Shown here one piece after another: positions 55,481 through 64,000 of a stretch of DNA of 64,000 bases (the stretch's first letter is position 1; each line of letters opens with the position of its first letter). This DNA is from the human T2T-CHM13v2.0 reference genome, Homo sapiens: the NCBI RefSeq assembly GCF_009914755.1, contig NC_060925.1. One strand, given 5' to 3'. The notes below the pieces were generated by a model that was given only the letters and a program-made list of their open reading frames with translations, had not been told where the DNA came from and did not search any database. Both the position numbers and the translations under genes were made by a program.

Positions 55481-56671
55481 GCGGATTCTGAGAATGGGGA
55501 TGAGGGCAGGGAAAGGAGGTGGAGATGCCCAAGAAATGAAGGAATGAGAGAGGACATCAGAAGCTGGATCTCTGGTTAATTCATGAAGCCTCTTTGGAAT
55601 GGATGAGGATTTCCAGCTGGTGGGAAGGAGGCTAACTGAGACAGAAAAAAACCACTCTCAAGGCTTAGCATTTTAAATGTGTCACAGAGGGTGTGTTCAG
55701 GAACAGAGACAAGTATATAAGGCATAACGTACATCCTTGGGCAGTTTTATTTTAAATTTCATTTTGTTGCATTTTAATTTTTGAATAGCTAATGTATTCA
55801 CGTGCTTCAAAAACCAAAAGACATCAAAATATATGAAGTAAAAATCCTCCTTCCACCTCTGTCCCTCATCTGCCCAGTTCTCAGCATTGACCCCACAGGT
55901 GACCGCTGTTCATGCTTTCTTCTGTATCTTCCCAGCATTTTTTTCTGCATCTCCATGCAAATAAGAATATAGAGTCTCGGTTGTCCCTTTATTGATACAA
56001 AATGTAAAACACTGAACACACTGTCTCTCTCCTTCTAATTTTTTCTCTTAACCATGGTATTCTGTGGTCTAGACAGACCATAATTGAATTAACTAGCCCC
56101 TTATTGCAGGGCATGGGCTGTTTTTAGCCATTTGCTAAACATTGTTGTGATGAACAGCCTTATATACAGTTGTCATTTCACACGTGCAAGTATCTCTATA
56201 GGATAAATTCCCACAGGGGAGTCGCTCGGTCAGAGACAACATGCGTTTGAAACTTTGATTGATAGTGCCAAGGTGCCCTTAGACATTGTCCCCGCGGTGA
56301 CATAGGAGAATGTCTACTTCTCCCTCACACTCACCAACAGAAGGCGTCATTTTACATTTGGATGATTGGCAGTTTGATCAGGGAACGTGACATGTGTCTG
56401 TAGCTTTAATGGGCATTGATCTTACTATGGGTGAGCTGAACTTCTTTTCCTATCTTCAAGCACTTTTGGATTTTCTTTTCTCTAAATTATCTCTTCACAG
56501 CTTTTGCCCATTTTTATTTTGGGTCGTTTGACTTTCTCATCAATTTCCCTAGGTTCTTCAGGAGGGAGATTAACCCTTTACCTCTGATATGAGTTACAAA
56601 CATTTTGTCCCAGATTGTCATTTTTTTTTTGACTTTGCTCATGATGGGATTTTTTTTTTTAACAAGCAGAT

Positions 56672-56995
56672 TTTTTTTTATTTTTTTATCTATTTATTTT
56701 TTATTTTTTTATTTTTGAGACGAAGTCTAGCTCTGTCGCCCAGGCTGGAGTGCAGTGGCGCGCCTCAGCTCACTGCAACCTCCGCTTCCTGGGTTCAAGC
56801 AATTCTCCTGCTTCAGCCTCCCGAGTAGCTGGGACTACAGGCCTGCACCACCATGCCCAGCCACTTTTGTATTTTTAGTAGAGACAGGGTTTCGCCATGT
56901 TGGCCAGGCTGGTCTCGAACTCCTGACCTCAGGTGATCTGCCTGCCTCAGGCTCCCAAAGTGCTGGGATTACAGGTGTGAGCCACTGCGCCCAGC
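56672..56995 (-). mobile_element. AluSx-like
   Basis: Reverse dimer, 'ctcctgacctcaggtgatctgcc'. Confidence 0.95.
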
Positions 56996-57019
56996 CAATT
57001 TTTATAGAAGTAAATTGAT

Positions 57020-57305
57020 CAGCCAACCATGGTGGTGCGTACCTGTAGTCCCAGCTACTTGGAAGGCTGAGGTGGGAGGATCGCTTGAGGCCAGGAGTTC
57101 AAGACCAGCCTGGGCAACCTAGGACTGCCCCATCTCTACAATAAATGAATAAATGAATAAATAAAAATTAGCCAGGCATGGTGGCACATGCCTGTAGTCC
57201 CAGCTACAAGGGAGGCTGAGGCGGGAGGATCGCTTGAGGCCAGGAGTTCAAGACCAATCTTGGCAGCATAATGAAGCCGTGTCTTTAAAGAAAAATAAAA
57301 AATAA
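57020..57305 (+). mobile_element. Two tandem FLAM-type monomers
   Basis: Both units read '..cctgtagtcccagctac..ggaggatcgcttgaggccaggagttcaagacc..' and lack the right-arm-specific segment. Confidence 0.8.
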
Positions 57306-58153
57306 GTAAATTATCCATTTTTAATAGCTTCTAGATTTCTGAGTCATAATTAGAAAGTCCCTCATTTAAAAGTCATAAAGAAACTCTCTGATGTTTCCTT
57401 CTAAAATGTTTAAGCTTCATTTTCACACTTAAATTTTTGATTCCTTCAACATTTATTTTAAATATAAAGTAGAAATCCAGATTTTTTTTCCAGGTGTCTA
57501 TCCAGTTGTCCAACACCGTTTATTAAATAATTCAGCTTTTCTTTGCTGGTTTGGTATGGTAACCTTACTAACTGTCCATTTAATGTAGGCCTATTTCTGA
57601 GTTTTCTTTTATTTTATTGTCTGCTTGACTATTCACGGGTCAAAACCACATTGTTTTAATGATTGAGGCTTCATAATATGGGTTGGTCCTTCCCCCGAGC
57701 ACCCTCTTTTTCCAGAATTTTCCTGTCTATGCCTACTGGTTAATTTTTCATACGAACTTTAGGATAAGCATGCCTCATTCAACAAAAACTGTGGATATTT
57801 TTTATCAGAATCAAAGTATATTTATCAATTAGCTGAGAGAGAATTAAAATGTCACGGTGTTGAGCCCCGCCGCTCCCCCCCTCCGCCACAATACGATGTA
57901 TCTTTCCACTTGTTCACATTCTTCTGCCTTTTAGTAATTTTGTTAATTAAAATGCTTATTGAAATAGAACATGTATACAGGAAAGTCACAAATCATAAAG
58001 GAACAGCACTGTGAATTTTCACAAAGCAAGCACCCCCGTGAAATAGCTACTCAGATTGAGAACCGGAACGTGACCAGCTCCCCAGAGCCCTCCTCCTTCT
58101 CCTCCTGGTGATCATACCTCTCCTCCCAAAAGGAAACACCTTTCCCATTTCTA

Positions 58154-58265
58154 TTAGGTTGGCGCAAAAGTAATCGCGGTTTTTGCCATTAAAAGTAATT
58201 TGCCATTAAAAGTAATGTCATTACTTTTAATGGCAAAAACCGCGATTACTTTTGCATCAAACTAA
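58154..58265. mobile_element. MADE1 (Hsmar1 MITE), expanded palindromic variant
   Basis: TIR 'ttaggttggcgcaaaagtaatcgcggtttttgcc'; TA target duplication at 58152-58153 and 58266-58267. Confidence 0.95.
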
Positions 58266-58282
58266 TATCCTGTATTGTCTGT

Positions 58283-59070
58283 TTTTATTTATTTGTTTGT
58301 TTTTATATAACTTTAAGTTTTAGGGTACATGTGCACAACCTGCAGGTTTGTTACATATGTATACATGTGCCATGTTGGTGTGCTGCACCCATTAACTCGT
58401 CATTTACATTAGGTATATCTCCTAATGCTATCCCTCCCCCCTCCCCCCTCCCCCCACCCCACGACAGGCCCGGGTGTGTGATGTTCCCCTTCCTGTGTCC
58501 AAGTGTTCTCATTGTTCAATTCCCACCTATGAGTGAGAACATGCAGTGCTTGGTTTTTTGTCCTTGCGATAGTTTGCTGAGAATGATGGTTTCCAGCTTC
58601 ATCCATGTCCCTACAAAGGACATGAACTCATCCTTTCTTATGGCTGCATAGTATTCCATGGTGTATATATCCCACATTTTCTTAATCCAGTCTATCGTTG
58701 ATGGACATTTGGGTTGGTTTCAAGTCTTTGCTATGGTGAATAGTGCTGCAATAAACATACGTGTGCATGTGTCTTTATAGCAGCATGATTTATAATCCTC
58801 TGGGTATATACCCAGTAATGGGATGGCTGGGTCAAATGGTATTTCTAGTTCTAGATCCTTGAGGAATCTCCACACTGTCTTCCACAATGGTTGAACTAGT
58901 TTACAGTCCCACCAACAGTGAAAAAGTGTTCCTATTTCTCCACATCCTCTCCAGCATCTGTTGTTTCCTGACTTTTTAATGATCGCCATTCTAACTAGTG
59001 TGAGATGGCATCTCATTGTGGTTTTGATTTGCATTTCTCTGATGGCCAGTGATGATGAGCATTTTTTCAC
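58283..59070 (-). mobile_element. 5'-truncated primate L1PA (ORF2 C-terminus + 3' UTR)
   Basis: ORF 58720-59070 '[32 protein letters not shown]' is the L1 ORF2p C-terminal region; L1PA 3' UTR and A-rich tail. Confidence 0.97.
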
Positions 59071-59135
59071 GTTGTAATGTAAATCAAAACATATGTAAAG
59101 ACAAATAATGAAAAAAAATGGGAAAAAAAGTTTAA

Positions 59136-59868
<733 letters not shown>

Positions 59869-60076
59869 CATGTGCTCTTTGGTGTCTGACTTCTTTCACT
59901 CAACACTGTGTAAGATCCATCCTTGCTGTGATGCACAGCAGTACTTTGTCCATCTTAATCACTGTAGAGTTTTTCATTGTCTGACTATATTACAATGTGT
60001 TCAAGCATTCTACTGCTGATGGATATTTGGGCTATTAGGAATACTGTTATGGAATTAATAATATTACTAATAATTA

Positions 60077-60395
<319 letters not shown>

Positions 60396-60574
60396 CAGTA
60401 GCATTAGGAATAGAACACTCTTGCCTATGTCTTTTGGTACAAATATGTGCTCACTTCTGCTGAGCCCTCCTAGGAGTACCATGGCTGGGCCATACAGTGT
60501 GTGTATGTGAACTCTGGCAGACACTGACACATCATTTTCTAAAGCACTGGTACTCATTTCCACTCCACCAGTTG

Positions 60575-61000
60575 TCTGCTCAAATTCATTCTTCCTTTCT
60601 CATCAGGAACATCGTAAGACTACATTTCCCAGGTTCCCTTGCAGTTAGATAAGGTCACATGATGCTGAGTTCTCACCAACAGATTATGAATGGAAGTCTA
60701 TGTGTCCCTTTTATACTCCACAGTGGGTGCACCTCCTTCACACTCCCTTCCCCCTTCCCTCCCTCTAGAGCCCACAGTGACCCAGTATCAACCATGCAAA
60801 CAATGGCAATGCCCTAGGAGAAGACAGAGAAACATGTTGGAAAGGATATGACTTTCTGAAGACCCTTTGGAACAGAGCTGCCCCACCAACTAAGCAGCTC
60901 ACCTCACACTGTGAGGAGTTAGACCTCTTTGTCCTCCAAGCCAATGTATGTTGGAGTCTTTTTGTTCCAAGAGTTAGATCTTTCATCCTCAATAATACAG
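60575..61000 (+). mobile_element. Old MaLR LTR (MLT1I/J-like)
   Basis: 'gactacatttcccaggttcccttgcagttag..ggtcacatga..gagttct', 'gaacagagctgcccc'. Confidence 0.7.
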
Positions 61001-61019
61001 GAATTGGTATCAGAAATGG

Positions 61020-62480
61020 GGTGTCAATCTGTGACATTGTCTTAACAGCCAGGCAATGGATAAGAGTTATTTATCACCTTATGAAGATTTTCTTTATCCT
61101 TTATTTGTCATGCAACGAGGAAAGTTAATTGAAGTGTGTTTCTCCTTGTGTCTCATGTGATTTCTCCTTCAGAAATGCACCTACTATATTTTTTAGAGCA
61201 TAGATGTTTATAACTCTTATCTTCATTGTGGATACACATTTGTATATTCTAAGATGACTTTCTTTGTCTTATTAAATACCTTTTAATCTAAACTCCACAT
61301 TGTGTGATATTAAGATTTTTTATCTGCATTTGCCTAGTATACCTTTGCCCAGCTTTTAGGTTCAACCTTTCTGAATTACTTTGGTTTATGATTGCCTCAT
61401 TTATAGAACACTGAGTTAGATTTGGTTTTGTGACCAAATCTAATTTCTTTTCTTTCACTGGGCAAATTAAGCTCATTTGCATTTATAACACCTGTGTTCT
61501 GTCATATTATTTTATGTAATTTTTTCCTGTTTATGGGTGTTTTAAATGTCTTTTGTTATGTGGTTTGTTCTTTTATATGTGGTTCTTTTGATACAGAAGG
61601 AGTTTTATACTTTTGTTCATTATTATAACTTTACACAATATTCTTAGTTCTCAATTTCTCAGAAAGTAAGAACACTATAGTTTATTCTTTTTCTTGCCCA
61701 TCTCCCTGGCTTTCCCCCAACACAGCTAATGAGGCACTGATGGGTTCCTTTCTCAGTGATCTCCTCTGTTCTGCTGCATGTCTTCATACTACTTGTCTTG
61801 ATTTGCCAGCTTTGAAACATGTTCTTTGTGCTTCCATTGTGTAATGGTTAGCACTCTTGACTCTGAAAGATGTTCTTTGATTCCCACCTACTACAGAAGA
61901 GGCACTTTGCAAACACACCCTGTTTCCTGGCTTCTTTCACGTGTCCCCTCCCATTTCTTCTCAGATGCATCATTTCTAACCTCATCACGGATGCCTGCAT
62001 TCACATTTTTATCTATTCCTCTACTTCCTACATTTGCGTTAGTCTCAGTTCCACACTTCACCACAGTCAATGCACTACCAGCCCTCTGCCAGTCATGGGG
62101 CTGAAGTTCATCCTCTAGATGTTTCCTCCAGAGAGACTCCACAGGGACAATATCCACTGAGTTCTGCCATGTTCAGAATTGCTGGTGGGTGGCGCGTATA
62201 TCTGAAGGACAGCTTGGCTCAATAGAAAATCCTGCCTCACAGCTTCTTTCCTCAATTAGCTCTCATTGGCGTTGCTCTACGGTCTTCCAATATCTTACTA
62301 TTGCCTTATTATTACAAACAAGGGAAGGAGCTAGGTTTTCCTGGCCTATTGTAGGCAATGCCTTCTGCTGTTTGGTGTTTAAGAGATAGAGATGCTGTCT
62401 CTTCTGGATGAGCTTCTCACTGACACAAGTGCGATTTTGCTCATCTTTCTGGACTCTCCGGTGGTGGAGCAATCTTGCCC
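61020..62480 (-). mobile_element. Very old L1M-like segment
   Basis: T-rich antisense L1-like composition, e.g. 'gtttgcctagtatacctttgccc', 'tctgaaggacagcttggct..atagaaaatc'. Confidence 0.45.
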
Positions 62481-62974
62481 TTTATACCCTCCCACATTGC
62501 TTCTGCCACCCTTCACCCCATGTGGCTTGTGTGCCAAGGGTGGCTGCATTTGACAGCCATTATGCCTTATGTTCCAGTCTGCTCTTTCTGCATTCGAGTT
62601 TGGCTGAAGATGGAGTTTGTGGGGTCTTTAGTCACAATATCCAGGCGGAGAAGATGAAAACTGCTTTTTCATGCTGACACGTTCACATCAGCGTTCTGTG
62701 GAGCGACCCTACAGCTGCCCTAGCCTGCATGCGGCACTTCAGGTGCCACAAACAGAGGCCACAGCTCCTGCCTTTGACAAGCAGCCATCAGTCTCCTCAC
62801 AGAATGGAGAACCAGGAAACCTCTGGAATCAGAGGCTGTCTCTCTTGCCATTGTCCCACATAACCATATGAGTTCACTGTACAGTCAGCCTTCTGTATCC
62901 ACATGTCCTCATCCACAGATTCAACCCATCAGGGATCTCAAAAGTGTGAAAAATAATTAAAAATAATACAACAT

Positions 62975-63321
<347 letters not shown>

Positions 63322-63377
63322 TTACACTGTATCAGGTATAAGTAACCTAGAGATGATTTAAAGTACATGAGAGGATA

Positions 63378-63903
63378 GGCCAGGCACAGAGGCTCATGCC
63401 TGTAATTTCAGCGCTTTGGAAGGCCGAGGTGTGCAGATTACTTGAGGTCAGGAGTTCAAGACCATCCTGACCAACATGGTGAAATCTGTTGACCTGACAG
63501 AAGGAGAATGAGAATTAGTCTCAGAGTTTAATATTGAATATGCTGCAGGCCCATACGCTCTCTTTTTTGTAGCAGAGTACATGAACATTATTATAATAAA
63601 TGCCCTAACTACTACAAATCTTTCTAGGAGCACTATACACTATGCATTTTCCAGAACTCTATACCACACATTTTATTATCTAAACCCTCCTCTTAACCTC
63701 CCTGTCTCTACTTTTAAAAATATATATAGAAATTAGCCAGCCATGGTGGCTCATGCCTGTGATCCCAGCTATTCAGGAGGCTGAGGCATCAGAACTGCTT
63801 GAACCCGGGAGGCAGAGGTTGCGGTGAACCGAGATCACGCCACTGCACTCCAGCCTGGGTGATGGAGTGAGACCCTGTCCCAAAAAAAATTAAAAATAAA
63901 AAT
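63378..63903 (+). mobile_element. AluS split by a NUMT between its arms
   Basis: Left arm 63378-63488; resumes 'tctctac' at 63705; 18-bp TSD aaagta(c/t)atgagaggata at 63360-63377 and 63904-63921. Confidence 0.93.
63489..63705 (+). pseudogene. MT-ND1: NUMT: nuclear copy of a mitochondrial ND1 fragment
   Basis: Mitochondrial-code translation [42 protein letters not shown], then (+1 frameshift) [28 protein letters not shown]. This matches the ND1 signature FDLxEGESELVSGFNxEYAAGPFALFF. Confidence 0.96.
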
Positions 63904-64000
63904 AAAGTATATGAGAGGATATGTGAAGTTTATACACAAATACTACAGCATTTTATAGAAGGGACTTGAGCATCCGCAGATTTTAGTATCACCGCAGATA

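Larger units (their letters stand above)
55740..58150 (-). mobile_element. Old L1M fragments interleaved with Alus
   Basis: L1 antisense signatures 'ggataaattcc', 'cttttgcccatttt', 'tatccagttgtccaacaccgtttatt'. Confidence 0.65.

Noticed and set aside
58720-59070. ORF with clear protein homology (L1 ORF2p C-terminus)
   Set aside because: Part of a 5'-truncated L1PA with no promoter or RT domain; not a gene.

Overview
This is primate (human-like) nuclear DNA of about 50% GC, apparently intronic or intergenic; I could not identify the locus. I found no credible protein-coding gene, rRNA, tRNA or CRISPR array. The ORF track is explained by Alu/L1/LTR translations, microsatellites and chance. The window is dominated by interspersed repeats: more than 25 Alu/FLAM copies, many MIR and L2 relics, MaLR LTRs (MLT1, THE1), old and young L1 fragments, and DNA-transposon MITEs (MER1A, MER2, MER63, MADE1, MADE2). 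Several repeat-free, homeobox/POU-motif-rich islands lie between them and resemble developmental enhancers. The most notable observations are: (1) a ~217-bp mitochondrial ND1 NUMT inserted exactly between the two arms of an Alu that is itself nested in MER2; (2) a compound templated insertion (snap-back plus a 22-nt copy of sequence 2 kb away) at the same position of another Alu; (3) a ~230-bp non-repeat element duplicated ~2 kb apart; (4) an expanded, symmetrised MADE1 hairpin (miR-548/SETMAR type); (5) three phased perfect octamer motifs; (6) a candidate 18/21-nt microexon. Repeat subfamily calls come from recall of consensus sequences and boundaries are approximate.
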